Virus record (IMG/VR): IMGVR_UViG_3300035698_013504
Coordinates: 128,001-192,000 of that record
DNA: 64,000 nucleotides
DNA from: a virus
Lineage: Duplodnaviria > Caudoviricetes
Strand: one strand, 5' to 3'
Positions 30,098 through 39,871 of the stretch are shown piece by piece. The notes under the pieces were generated by a model. That model ran no database searches, was not told the origin of the DNA, and saw only the letters and a program-made list of their open reading frames with translations. A program made the translations under genes and the position numbers. Positions within the stretch are counted from its first letter, which is position 1, and the number at the start of each line of letters is the position of its first letter.

Positions 30098-30381
30098 ACC
30101 TCGTTATCGCAATGCCGGACAGCATCGACGCTGGAAACGCCGTAGTTGTAAACCCCGACCTTGAGGCCGACAGTCAGGCTCTCGGGTCGCACCATGAAAT
30201 TCACATGGAGCCCATCTTCTACTCGAAGACGGCGCTTGTGAACGGGCCGTCTATCAGGCTGGTGGACGACGACGGTAAGATCATCTTTGCCGGTGTCCTC
30301 CGTATCTCTGGTAAGACTGGACAGATGTCTCTTGAGAGACGTATGAACCCGGTCAAGCCCGCGATCGTATCCGGCGAATGA
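30094..30381 (+). CDS. Hypothetical protein
   Basis: GTGA coupling. Confidence 0.5.
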   Translation: MNLVIAMPDSIDAGNAVVVNPDLEADSQALGSHHEIHMEPIFYSKTALVNGPSIRLVDDDGKIIFAGVLRISGKTGQMSLERRMNPVKPAIVSGE

Positions 30382-31022
30382 TCAAATACGCGCACGTGCG
30401 TGAGATCGACGAGGGGGTGGAGGTTGTCGGTATATCCGGCGAGCCACCCGATGAGACGTTCAGGGTGTTGTCTTCGTGGAAGACGGCAGACGAGGCCATA
30501 TCTATCCTAGAGCTTAATGGGTGGAGTCGTGTTTGGTCCTCAGGTAAGTCTACCGGCCTTGTAGGTCCGCGGCTGTGGTGTCCTCCGGTAATGGGCCCTT
30601 CATTGGGTTCTTTGCCGGGGGTGCCCACTGCCTGCGTTCCCGTATCGTTCCTTGAAGCTTGTCCGTTCCCTGTTCACTCCGTGCATATTCCAGAGGTGAA
30701 CCATACGTATGATATCTTCCCGGAGATTGTTGAAGTTTTGGATCGCCGGTATGGTGCTATGTTTGGGTTCACTTACGGCGTGTCATCACTTATGGACATG
30801 TCATCTTCACTTGGCTATGGCCCTGTGCTTAACGCTGTGAGTCAGCGTGTTGGTGTAGGTATTCGTGCGATTGGTATTTGGTTTCGGCCCGAGGATGCTC
30901 AAACGGCCGCGTATAAGTACTTTGACAATTTGATCAGGAGAGACACAGATGGGAGTTTCTATGCGGAGGTTCGTGCGTACATTCACCGAAACGCGTTATC
31001 AGACGCTGACCCCGGGGGGTGA
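30378..31022 (+). CDS. Hypothetical protein
   Basis: ATGA coupling. Confidence 0.55.
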   Translation: MIKYAHVREIDEGVEVVGISGEPPDETFRVLSSWKTADEAISILELNGWSRVWSSGKSTGLVGPRLWCPPVMGPSLGSLPGVPTACVPVSFLEACPFPVHSVHIPEVNHTYDIFPEIVEVLDRRYGAMFGFTYGVSSLMDMSSSLGYGPVLNAVSQRVGVGIRAIGIWFRPEDAQTAAYKYFDNLIRRDTDGSFYAEVRAYIHRNALSDADPGG

Positions 31023-31470
31023 CGAGCAGCAGTGGCGTACAGAGACGTCGACGGATTCGATTGACAACCAGGTCAACAAGTGGCTGTCTGAGGAGGATGC
31101 GATCATCATCTCGATTCAGCCAGAGACAAACATATCCGTCAGGAACACAGGTCCCGGCGAGATCGGGCAGAGGACAGTCAGGCTCCGGTATGTCGTATTG
31201 TACATGCCTGCTGACAAGTACTTTGAGTCCGAGACTCATCTGCGTCAAGCCACGCTGGCTGGTGTTGTTCAGGGCTTGCCTGTTGCACCACAGCCGCTAG
31301 CACCCATGACAGCCCCGGAGCGTACGGTAGTCGTATCGGACCCCGCGCCACCGCAGCAAGCCCCGAGGATGTTCCCCGGTATGCCCATCGAGGTTGTTCC
31401 CGTACCCTCAACGCCTCAGGCCCCCCCACCGCCGCTATCTACGCAAGGCGCTATCGTAGCGGGCGGGTAG
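30949..31470 (+). CDS. Hypothetical protein with Pro-rich tail
   Basis: SD AGGAG. Confidence 0.5.
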   Translation: MGVSMRRFVRTFTETRYQTLTPGGDEQQWRTETSTDSIDNQVNKWLSEEDAIIISIQPETNISVRNTGPGEIGQRTVRLRYVVLYMPADKYFESETHLRQATLAGVVQGLPVAPQPLAPMTAPERTVVVSDPAPPQQAPRMFPGMPIEVVPVPSTPQAPPPPLSTQGAIVAGG

Positions 31471-31509
31471 ATGTTCAACACCGCAATCTTTGTTACATGA
31501 GAAGGAGTA

Positions 31510-31851
31510 ATGATGGCAGACAAAAAGTTCTGGATGGTGCTCGTAGGCGATGATGACCCGGTGTGTATCGGGATCAACTCCGAGGAAGAGCTTCAGAAAG
31601 CTATACGTACTAGAGTGCTCGAGGCTGTAGAACCTCTGTGGGCATTTGTCTTTGACGGTGAGAAGTTAAAGATTCAGAATCCCCTGGCGTCCTGCACGGT
31701 TACCGGCGCAGGCGTTAACATGGAGATCAAAGGTGTAGGGGCCGGTCAAGCTGACGACGATTTGTTCGTCCCGATGAGGTATGTACGAGATGTTGCCACT
31801 AGAGAAGCCCCCGACGATGTCCCCCCTCCTGAAGACTCTGACGGAGAATAA
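31510..31851 (+). CDS. Hypothetical protein
   Basis: Strong SD AAGGAG. Confidence 0.6.
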   Translation: MMADKKFWMVLVGDDDPVCIGINSEEELQKAIRTRVLEAVEPLWAFVFDGEKLKIQNPLASCTVTGAGVNMEIKGVGAGQADDDLFVPMRYVRDVATREAPDDVPPPEDSDGE

Positions 31852-32665
31852 GATACGCGAGATAGCCGGGAGGTACACGGGGAACCGCCCCTTCCAAGTT
31901 CGAAGCTCTAAGGCGCGCGTCGACCCAGATGACCCAGACCGCGTTATTATCGATGTCGAGTTCATGCCCGTACTAGATCACATCACTGTCGATTTCACTA
32001 TAGATGAGCCTACCATGACAACATTCGAGGGAGTACAACCCGGCGAGCAATGCTGGATATCTCTAACGGAAGGATTTGGGTGGTATACGGCGCAGGTTGG
32101 TCCTCGTGCCGAGTCCCTAGCGACAGCAACGACGATGCATTTGGGGGAGGAGCGTGTATTGACATTACGCGATCTCCGCTCACAGATGCCCGGACGAACC
32201 CCGGAGACGAAGCTGTGGTACGACATATATGACAGGAGACTCGCTGAGGGCAATCAGCGAGACCCTTTCTCAGGATCAGATACTTTCCAGTACGAGAACA
32301 GGACCCTGAAGGTTTGGGTGAAGTGCGAGGATGAAACTGTTTATGTTTGCACGTGTCATGTATATGACATAGAGGGAAAGACTTTCGATGGCGCACAGCG
32401 GGTAGTTCTTATCGGCGGCCACCCGCTGGTTAGTAACTCGTCGTTGACTAATGGGATGTTTGACGATATGTCCGTTCCAGCGTGGGCTACTAACGCGTTG
32501 TCGGCGAACCAGAACTCGGTGTCGGATATGCAATCAACACCACGTAAGCGCAGCAACGTCTTTGCCGACTACTTTCGACAGGCGGCTAAGTCACGTCTGT
32601 ACCAAACGGTATTCGGGCCACCTAAGCTGGAGCGACAAGACCAACGAGTTAAGACAACTGAATAG
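31781..32665 (+). CDS. Hypothetical protein
   Basis: 294-aa ORF; start uncertain. Confidence 0.5.
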   Translation: MYEMLPLEKPPTMSPLLKTLTENKIREIAGRYTGNRPFQVRSSKARVDPDDPDRVIIDVEFMPVLDHITVDFTIDEPTMTTFEGVQPGEQCWISLTEGFGWYTAQVGPRAESLATATTMHLGEERVLTLRDLRSQMPGRTPETKLWYDIYDRRLAEGNQRDPFSGSDTFQYENRTLKVWVKCEDETVYVCTCHVYDIEGKTFDGAQRVVLIGGHPLVSNSSLTNGMFDDMSVPAWATNALSANQNSVSDMQSTPRKRSNVFADYFRQAAKSRLYQTVFGPPKLERQDQRVKTTE

Positions 32666-32788
32666 GAGTGCGGCTGGCCGTTACTATAGAGTGTAAAGGT
32701 CAGCTGTTAGCTCTGACCGTTTTCGCAGCCGCGGTGGTGGTCACCGTGGCTTCTCTTTTTGTTGTCGGTCTCTTGGAGGATGTTGCCT

Positions 32789-33847
32789 ATGCAGGATGTA
32801 CTGGATAAGGCCCGCGAGCTGTGCGCGGACGAGGCTCTCTTCGGCATTTACGAGCGAGATCCCGTGCCGGGCGCCAGCATCGTTCCGTGTCAGGACGTCG
32901 TTGTCGTTTGCCTCGAGAACTCGGTTGGGGTACCCAAGGTGCATTGCTACCCCTTCGTTAACTTGGGTGATCACGTGCTCGTCGGTGGACAAGCTGGCAA
33001 GATCCCCACCGGCAAGTACAAGGGCTGTTTCTTCGAGAAGGGCCGAGAGCCTTCCGATACTGGCGGCGCCAAGCTTATGGCCGCTGGCGTAACAAAGCGA
33101 CTCGCTATGGGCACGACCTCTGACTCGTTCAGAGAAAACTCCATGGCGGATAGTACGCTGTTCACGTGGGTGTACGACATGGTCGAGGAGCACCAAAACA
33201 CTCCCAAGGTCCGCGAGTTCTCGGTTCCAGAGTGCTACATCTGCGCTGATGACACCAACGACCTGATCCCGGGTCGTAGCGTCAATCACCGCGTGCTGCG
33301 GGCCTCGCAGTTCGGCACCGTCGATGGAGTGCCCACCGCACCCGAGGCTGGACTCATTGAAAAGCATACAAAGGCAGGCGTCGTCCTTAATGGTACGCTG
33401 ATCGAAGCTGATTCAAGCGTGCTTGAAGGTAGGGCCGAGCCCGTATTTGGCCAGACGTCTATCGCGCTGTACCCTCTGCCCAAGGTGGGCGAGCGGGTCA
33501 AGCAGGGTCAGGCGTTGTTCACGCCGTTCCCCACAGACCCCCAGATTCAGACGAGTGCCGAAGTTGACCAGATGCCGAACGCGAGAGTGTTACGGTGGTT
33601 GGTCATGCAGGACTCGTTGATCGGCTACGACGGCATGACGCTCGCGCCGTTATCGTGTATCAGCCCGGAAAGTTCTACCGGGGAGAAGTTCGTGGATGTC
33701 GAGTGTGCACGCCTGTCGCGTGTCAGCTTGTCTTTCAACCCTCGAACCGATCCGCTGTGGATGCGTGACGACGTTGGCGTTGAGATGAACTTCAGGTACC
33801 CCTGGCACCGTAAGTTCATCATTGCTGCAGACAGGGCGAAACGTTAA
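32789..33847 (+). CDS. Hypothetical protein (contains a KVGERVKQGQAL barrel-sandwich-like motif)
   Basis: SD GGAGG; strongly biased codons. Confidence 0.6.
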   Translation: MQDVLDKARELCADEALFGIYERDPVPGASIVPCQDVVVVCLENSVGVPKVHCYPFVNLGDHVLVGGQAGKIPTGKYKGCFFEKGREPSDTGGAKLMAAGVTKRLAMGTTSDSFRENSMADSTLFTWVYDMVEEHQNTPKVREFSVPECYICADDTNDLIPGRSVNHRVLRASQFGTVDGVPTAPEAGLIEKHTKAGVVLNGTLIEADSSVLEGRAEPVFGQTSIALYPLPKVGERVKQGQALFTPFPTDPQIQTSAEVDQMPNARVLRWLVMQDSLIGYDGMTLAPLSCISPESSTGEKFVDVECARLSRVSLSFNPRTDPLWMRDDVGVEMNFRYPWHRKFIIAADRAKR

Positions 33848-33918
33848 GCGCAGTAACCCTGCGCCTCTATGAAAGCAGGTCAACATTTTTGTTGGCCTGT
33901 TTTTTAGCTCTTGAGTTG

Positions 33919-33948
33919 TTGACATATTAGCATGGTTGCTGCTAAACT
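33919..33948 (+). promoter_or_regulatory. sigma70-type promoter upstream of the portal region
   Basis: TTGACA, 18 nt spacer, TG-n-TAAACT. Confidence 0.7.
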
Positions 33949-33984
33949 TGTCGAGTAGGGATACGAGTTATAGGAGATACAGGT

Positions 33985-34608
33985 ATGCCGAGCGGAGGCC
34001 CGGAACACTATTTTGGCGAAGAGCGTGAGACGACGTACGGTAAGGGGATAGCTGGTGGAACCCGAATACCCTCAGCCGAGCCCGGCACTGGCGGCGGATC
34101 TTTAGGGTTTGACCCGCACGTGGCCCAGCCTTATACGGTGGTTGATCTTAGTGGCGACGCCCCAAAGGTCGTTGCTACAGTTGACCGCACTACACCAGAG
34201 CCCCAACCAGAGCCTCAACCAGAGGCCGAGGCCGAAGACGCCCAGGAGGGGGTGTCGAGACAGTCTACAGCGGATGACCACGCCACATCTGTTGCTCCGC
34301 CCCCTCCGCCCCCTTTACCGGCTGTTCCCGCGGCGCAACCAGAGCCTGCGGCCGCACCTAAACAGGCGGAGAAGGTGACGTTTCTTGACTTCGGGGAACT
34401 CACGGTTCCGTACGACTCCGTCTTTATTGATGGCATGTGTCTGGTTTTGGTGTATGATAGGGGGAACGAGGTTACGTTTGATCCTCCGGTAAACGACGAA
34501 CCCCTTAGTCTGCGTTACGCCGGTCGAAATTTTAAGGCGTATTCGAGTGGTGTCCGCTTTGTGGAGCCTGGGACCAGTAGAGTTTTTACGGTCCTGTTGA
34601 TAGAATGA
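33985..34608 (+). CDS. Hypothetical protein with Pro/Glu-rich linker
   Basis: SD AGGAG; PEPQPEPQPE repeat. Confidence 0.6.
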   Translation: MPSGGPEHYFGEERETTYGKGIAGGTRIPSAEPGTGGGSLGFDPHVAQPYTVVDLSGDAPKVVATVDRTTPEPQPEPQPEAEAEDAQEGVSRQSTADDHATSVAPPPPPPLPAVPAAQPEPAAAPKQAEKVTFLDFGELTVPYDSVFIDGMCLVLVYDRGNEVTFDPPVNDEPLSLRYAGRNFKAYSSGVRFVEPGTSRVFTVLLIE

Positions 34609-34820
34609 GTATTGACAAAGATGGATCGACTCACGTCGGAGTAACTCCCTGCGAGGGTTGCGGTGAGCCCTCTACCGGCCGTGACGATAAAGGCCGGGCT
34701 CTTTGTGCCCGTTGTTTGACGCTTGAAAAATCCAGTGGCGTACTGGATGGACCCGCAGGTTCTTTGCGAACTGCGGGAGAAGACCTGGCCGTAAAACACA
34801 CCGAGGGAAGTAATGGCTGA
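34605..34820 (+). CDS. Small Zn-finger protein
   Basis: CEGC...CARC; ATGA coupling. Confidence 0.5.
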   Translation: MSIDKDGSTHVGVTPCEGCGEPSTGRDDKGRALCARCLTLEKSSGVLDGPAGSLRTAGEDLAVKHTEGSNG

Positions 34821-36657
34821 TAATTTCCCGCTGTTTTCAAACCAGTCGGGGGGCGAAACAAACGCGATTGATCGCTACTCCGCTGAGTTCGGTAACCCCT
34901 TTTACCACTACGCCACGAGCGCCATGCCCAACAAGCTCGATGACGTATTCAAGCTTGCCGAGCACATGTGGCTGACCGACGCTACCTTCAAACGCGGCAT
35001 GCAACGCGTTGTACGCTACTTCTTGACCTCTGTAGAGCTCAAGGATGTGGAAGCGGACGAGAAGGAGAAGTGGGACGAGTTCCTCTATGAAACCCTTGAC
35101 ATAACCTCGCAGGCTGCGCTCGTGGGCGATGACTTTGTGGGGTATGGCAACAGCTTTACCTCGATCTATGTACCCTTCCGCCGCTACCTTGTCTGCCCCA
35201 AGTGTTACGTTCACCGGCCAATTGAGCGCGTGGACTACAAGTTCACCAACTTCAAGTTCATGGCGACGTGCCCGGCGTGTCAGTACAAGGGCGCGCTGAA
35301 GCGTATTGATCGTAGGACGGCTGAACAGGACAAGCTCAAGGTAATCAGATGGCCGGTGCAAGAGATGCGCCTACTGCACAACCCGATCAGCCAAGCGACC
35401 TGTTACGAGTGGCAGGTAAGCGCCACGATGAAGAAGAACATCGAGGCTGGCACAAATCACTACATCAATACGACACCTTGGGAGATCATTGATACGGTCA
35501 GGCGGAAGAAGACTCTGTTCCGCTTCAACCCGAAGATCATCTATCATATGAAAGAGGACTCCCTTGCTGGCGTACCTCTTTACGGCTGGGGCCTACCGCC
35601 TATCCTGTCGAGCTTTAAGCAGGCATGGGTGCGCCAGATCCTCCGAAGGTACAACGAAGCCATTGCGATGGACTATATCGTTCCCTTCCGCCTGCTGACA
35701 CCCGGCAAAGGATCACCAGCCGCCGACCCCCTTATTCACCAGGACCTTGGTAATTTCGTCAATAACATCATGGGGCAGATCAAGCAGCACCGCAAGGATC
35801 CCACCTCGTGGCACGTTGTTCCTCACCCGGTTGACTACATGGCGATCGGCGGAGAAGCCAAGGACTTGGCCCCGACAGAACTCATCCAGTTTGAGGACGA
35901 CGAGCTCCTCAACGGTCTTGGTATCCCCGCAGAGCTTTACCGCGGTACGATCCAGGTGCAAGCGGCCCCTACAGCCCTGCGCCTGTTTGAACGTACATGG
36001 ACCTACTACGTCAGCGCGCAGAACGCATGGTTGCGCTGGTTGATCGATAGTTGTGCAGACCTTCTTAGCTGGGAACGTGTTGGCGGCAGATGGCAGCCGG
36101 TCACCCTTGCCGAGGACATGGAGAAGAAGCAGGTGCAGCTCCAGCTCGCCGCAGGTATGCAGATTTCACGCGGTACGGCCTATGCCCCGTTTGGCATCGA
36201 CTACCGCGAGGAGATCCGCCGGATGTTCCAGGAAGAGCGCTTCTACCAAGACGAACAGAAGCGGTTCGAAGAGGAACAGGGCCAGCGACAGGAGATGGAG
36301 CAGCAGATGTCCACAGGAGGCCAACAGGGCGGCATGGGCGGCGGTATGATGCCACCTGGCGGCGGTATGATGCCGGGTATGCCTGCTGGCGCACCGGGAT
36401 CGATGGGCGCACCCATGGGTGGAGGGGGAGGCGCAGTCACACCGGAAGCGCTTTCAGCCCAGGCAGAAGAGCTCGCATACCAAATGCTCGCCATGCCGTA
36501 TGAGTCTCGGCGGTCTCAGCTCTCCGATATCAAGGGGAGCAATCGTGAGCTACACGCCCTCACGATGGCTAAAATGCAGGAGATACGAGATCAGGCCGCA
36601 AGTGAGGGCAAGCAAGAGAAGTTACAGCAGCTTCAAGGTCAAGGCGCGGTTATGTAA
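34813..36657 (+). CDS. Putative phage portal protein
   Basis: 614 aa; portal-like GDDFVGYGNSF, LYGWGLPPI and DELLNGLGIP segments; Gln/Gly/Met-rich C-terminus; internal CPKC/CPAC insertion. Confidence 0.6.
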   Translation: MADNFPLFSNQSGGETNAIDRYSAEFGNPFYHYATSAMPNKLDDVFKLAEHMWLTDATFKRGMQRVVRYFLTSVELKDVEADEKEKWDEFLYETLDITSQAALVGDDFVGYGNSFTSIYVPFRRYLVCPKCYVHRPIERVDYKFTNFKFMATCPACQYKGALKRIDRRTAEQDKLKVIRWPVQEMRLLHNPISQATCYEWQVSATMKKNIEAGTNHYINTTPWEIIDTVRRKKTLFRFNPKIIYHMKEDSLAGVPLYGWGLPPILSSFKQAWVRQILRRYNEAIAMDYIVPFRLLTPGKGSPAADPLIHQDLGNFVNNIMGQIKQHRKDPTSWHVVPHPVDYMAIGGEAKDLAPTELIQFEDDELLNGLGIPAELYRGTIQVQAAPTALRLFERTWTYYVSAQNAWLRWLIDSCADLLSWERVGGRWQPVTLAEDMEKKQVQLQLAAGMQISRGTAYAPFGIDYREEIRRMFQEERFYQDEQKRFEEEQGQRQEMEQQMSTGGQQGGMGGGMMPPGGGMMPGMPAGAPGSMGAPMGGGGGAVTPEALSAQAEELAYQMLAMPYESRRSQLSDIKGSNRELHALTMAKMQEIRDQAASEGKQEKLQQLQGQGAVM

Positions 36658-36670
36658 GGCACTCGGTACG

Positions 36671-37774
36671 ATGCGTACTGATAGGAAAGTTATGGCACAA
36701 GACCTCCAAGAATGTCGGCAGGACATATCTGAACTCCGCGAGATATCTACACGGGTAGCCTCTGAGATGCGCCTGCGTAAAGAAGCTGAAGAGAGGTTTC
36801 GCGCCCTCTTTGAGCAGGGCGTGCACGCGATGGCTCTTATCAGCGTACCCGAGCTGAGGTTTGTCGAAGTGAACAGCACGGTGTCGACGCTGCTGGGGTA
36901 CACGAAGGACGAGCTACTGGGGCTGACCCTTTTCGACATTGAGGGTAATGAGACACCAGACGAGATCAAGGAGCACGCTAACTCTGTTGTCCGCATGGGC
37001 GGCCGTATTCGCGACTTCCAGACAAAGCATATACGCTCTGACGGCGACATTCGCGACGTACATGTTCGCGTGCGGTGTACCGAGTTAGGCGGGGTAGCGT
37101 ACCTCCAGGCAAGCTGGAAGGATATCACGGACATCAAGCGATCGTTGGGCAGACAGGAATTGGCGCTTGAGGTTCTAAAGGTGCTCAACAACTCACCTCC
37201 AACCAATGGTGCCATCCCAAAGCTCACGTTGCTTGTTAAGGACTTCATGAGCTTTGAGGCTGTGGGGGTCAGGCTGGTTAGTGGGGACGATTATCCATAT
37301 TATGCACACATCGGCTTCCCGCCAAAGTTCATTACGAAGGAGGACAGCTTATGCGCGATAGATTCTGACGGTAAGGTAGTTCGCGCGGAGGATGGCAGCG
37401 TCATGTTAGAATGCGTTTGTGGCGCTGTTATATCCGGCGATACGAAACAGCACTGCTGTGAATACTTCACAGTTACGGGTAGCTTTTTCACGAACAGCAC
37501 GACCGATCTTATTGAGAGCGGCGGCATACCTACATTGACGTGCGCGCGTAATACGTGTCACGAACACGGGTATGAGTCTGTTGCCGTTATCCCGCTTCGT
37601 CATGCTGGTGGTATCATAGGCGCGTTGCATATCGCGGATACACGCAGAGACCTGTTTAACCTCGAACTCATATTGTTCCTTGAGTCCGTGGCGAACTCAG
37701 TGGGGATTGCTTTCGCGAGAGATCAGTACATCTTGCGACTCCAAGCACAGTTAGACGCAATAAAGGGTGCGTAG
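36671..37774 (+). CDS. PAS + GAF sensor protein without output domain
   Basis: EERFRALFEQ..VN..LLGYTKDELLG PAS/PAC; GAF with CVCG, CC, CARNTC, ESVAVIPL..IIGALHIAD. Confidence 0.75.
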   Translation: MRTDRKVMAQDLQECRQDISELREISTRVASEMRLRKEAEERFRALFEQGVHAMALISVPELRFVEVNSTVSTLLGYTKDELLGLTLFDIEGNETPDEIKEHANSVVRMGGRIRDFQTKHIRSDGDIRDVHVRVRCTELGGVAYLQASWKDITDIKRSLGRQELALEVLKVLNNSPPTNGAIPKLTLLVKDFMSFEAVGVRLVSGDDYPYYAHIGFPPKFITKEDSLCAIDSDGKVVRAEDGSVMLECVCGAVISGDTKQHCCEYFTVTGSFFTNSTTDLIESGGIPTLTCARNTCHEHGYESVAVIPLRHAGGIIGALHIADTRRDLFNLELILFLESVANSVGIAFARDQYILRLQAQLDAIKGA

Positions 37775-37776
37775 TT

Positions 37777-38160
37777 ATGGCGCGAAGTACCGCAGCGGGC
37801 TCGGCCGACAATCTTCTAGAAACTTGGTTTAAGCGGGTTCTCGATCGCGTGGAGAAGCTGAGTGAGAAGTTCGGGGACCTCCGAACGGAGATCGCCGTGT
37901 TGAAGACTAAGATGGGTATCATGTGCGCGTGTATCGCACTGGTTATCAGTGTGATCTTTTCTGGTGTTACTCGCTACGTCGTAGTATCCTCTAACGATGC
38001 CCGGCTCACCGCGCAGCGTGTAGAGATAGGTAGGCTTCGCAAGTTGATCAATGCCGCGCCCTCACCGCACGCGGTCACACCGGCGGATGTCCGCCTTGAG
38101 ATAGAGAAGCTGAAAGAGATGATTATAGAGATGAGCAAGAAGAAGGCTGCAACTCCGTAG
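37777..38160 (+). CDS. Small single-pass membrane protein with coiled coil (holin/XhlA-like?)
   Basis: Coiled coil followed by hydrophobic MGIMCACIALVISVIFSGV. Confidence 0.45.
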   Translation: MARSTAAGSADNLLETWFKRVLDRVEKLSEKFGDLRTEIAVLKTKMGIMCACIALVISVIFSGVTRYVVVSSNDARLTAQRVEIGRLRKLINAAPSPHAVTPADVRLEIEKLKEMIIEMSKKKAATP

Positions 38161-38195
38161 CGGTGCGGACACCACGTACTTAGGAGGTCGACGGC

Positions 38196-39110
38196 ATGGC
38201 TCACAACGGTAACCGCTGGGTATGCGCCCAGATCATGACGACGTCGGTTTGTCCCGCCTCTTGCTTCTACTGCGCCTATCCCGACGGCTGGCACAAGGAG
38301 CACCCCGGCCGTATGACAGAGGAGACGTTCGAGAAAGTCCTTGAGGGCCTACAACAGGTCGGAGACTTCTCGGGCGGTAAAGTCTGTCTCTACCTGATGA
38401 ACGAGCCCCTCGCTGACCCCGACATCTGCTGCCGTATCGAGCGGGTCCAGGCGGTATTCCCTAAGACCCTCATCGAGATCAACACGAACGCTATGCTTCT
38501 CAATGAGGAGCGGGGCCAGCAGTTTGCTGAGGTGATGAGTAAGCAGCGCCACCAGATCCACATCCACCTGTCGGGCTACGACGAAGAGACCAGCCAGCGT
38601 GCGATGGGTCTCCCCTTCCAAGTACGGTACGACAACGTCGACCGCTTCCTAGGCCTTGTAGGTGAGTACAAACTCCACGTAGAGATCGAGGGCTTCTATC
38701 GTGCTGAGCCGAACAGTGGCCCTATTCTTTTTGACTACCACCCGTGGCGGGCGAAGATGAAAGAACTCAGCCGAGGCCGGGCCAAGAGTTATGACCTCTA
38801 CAGGTTCCACGACCGGGCGGGCACGATCAAGAGACATGGCAATGTGGACTTTGGTCTGCGTCGTGACTGTGACTGCGACAAAAATGGGCCATGTAGACGC
38901 GTACACGAATGGATACACACTGATTGGGAGGGCAGGTTGAGGATTTGTTGTAACGATTATCACCGGGAAATTACACTACCTCTCGTCAAAGACTTGCCGA
39001 ATCTCAAAACATACCTGGAGGGCCACGAGTGGCAATTCGTACAAGGGTTATCACAGGGGACAGACGCGCCACTAGACTTCATATGTATGCGATGTCGGGG
39101 CAATAGGTGA
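38196..39110 (+). CDS. Radical SAM protein with SPASM/twitch domain
   Basis: CPASCFYC; MNEPLAD; INTN; C...G....CCND...CMRC. Confidence 0.85.
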   Translation: MAHNGNRWVCAQIMTTSVCPASCFYCAYPDGWHKEHPGRMTEETFEKVLEGLQQVGDFSGGKVCLYLMNEPLADPDICCRIERVQAVFPKTLIEINTNAMLLNEERGQQFAEVMSKQRHQIHIHLSGYDEETSQRAMGLPFQVRYDNVDRFLGLVGEYKLHVEIEGFYRAEPNSGPILFDYHPWRAKMKELSRGRAKSYDLYRFHDRAGTIKRHGNVDFGLRRDCDCDKNGPCRRVHEWIHTDWEGRLRICCNDYHREITLPLVKDLPNLKTYLEGHEWQFVQGLSQGTDAPLDFICMRCRGNR

Positions 39111-39111
39111 A

Positions 39112-39861
39112 ATGAAAGCAAATGAACTAACCGGTCGCCGCTTTGGGGAGCTAACCGTTAAAAAACGGCTGGGCCCTCTACGTAAAGATACAGGCGATCG
39201 GCATGTTTATTGGGGATGTAGTTGTTCGTGTGGTAACACCGCGGCTGTAGCAAGTACACAGCTTACAAGCGGTAAGACTAAGAGCTGCGGCTGTTTGCGG
39301 GGCAGGAGTCCCAGCTCTGTTGCAGCATTCGCGCGAGCCACGAAGGATTTGACCGGGAAGGTCTTCGGTCGTCTTACAGTCATTAGACAAGCCCCGACGC
39401 GATGTAAGGGTAAGTCACGCTGGATCTGTAAGTGCTCGTGCGGTGAAGATAGGGACATACTTGGTCACAGCTTGGTAAGCGGCCACACAAAGAGTTGTGG
39501 GTGCTTGAGTGTGGAATTAAGGCGTGAGCGTAAAGGATCAAAGCACGGGTCTTGGAAGGGTGGCCGCAGCTTACAGCATGGTTACGTAATGATTCACCAG
39601 CCGGAACACCCTAACGCGAAAATCTCAGGGTATGTGCGCGAACACGCCCTTGTGATGTCGGAACATCTTGGTCGCCCTCTGCTATCCAACGAGAAGGTTC
39701 ACCACAAGAACGGCATCAGAGATGATAATCGACTTTGCAATCTCGAGCTTTGGACAGTATCGCACCCAACAGGCCAGCGAGTGGAGGACATTACAGCGTT
39801 CGCTATCAGACACCTGAAGCAATATGTGCCGAAGGCGTTAGCAACGCGCTACAGAAAATAG
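39112..39861 (+). CDS. Free-standing HNH homing endonuclease
   Basis: Two G..FG.LTV...C.CSCG...SG.TKSCGCL repeats; EH.LVM, VHHKNGIRDDNR.CNLELW. Confidence 0.85.
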   Translation: MKANELTGRRFGELTVKKRLGPLRKDTGDRHVYWGCSCSCGNTAAVASTQLTSGKTKSCGCLRGRSPSSVAAFARATKDLTGKVFGRLTVIRQAPTRCKGKSRWICKCSCGEDRDILGHSLVSGHTKSCGCLSVELRRERKGSKHGSWKGGRSLQHGYVMIHQPEHPNAKISGYVREHALVMSEHLGRPLLSNEKVHHKNGIRDDNRLCNLELWTVSHPTGQRVEDITAFAIRHLKQYVPKALATRYRK

Positions 39862-39871
39862 GAGAATACCG

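Noticed and set aside
32741-33367. 208-aa minus-strand ORF (similarly 45341..46111, 62577..63350, 36622..37248)
   Set aside because: Each lies fully opposite a well-supported + strand gene; no SD or recognisable domain.
34195-34230. Short tandem repeats (PEPQ; also GGMMP at ~36340)
   Set aside because: Ordinary low-complexity protein linkers.
36419-36670. N-terminal extension of the PAS-GAF ORF
   Set aside because: Overlaps the portal 3' end in another frame; plausible start is ATG 36671.
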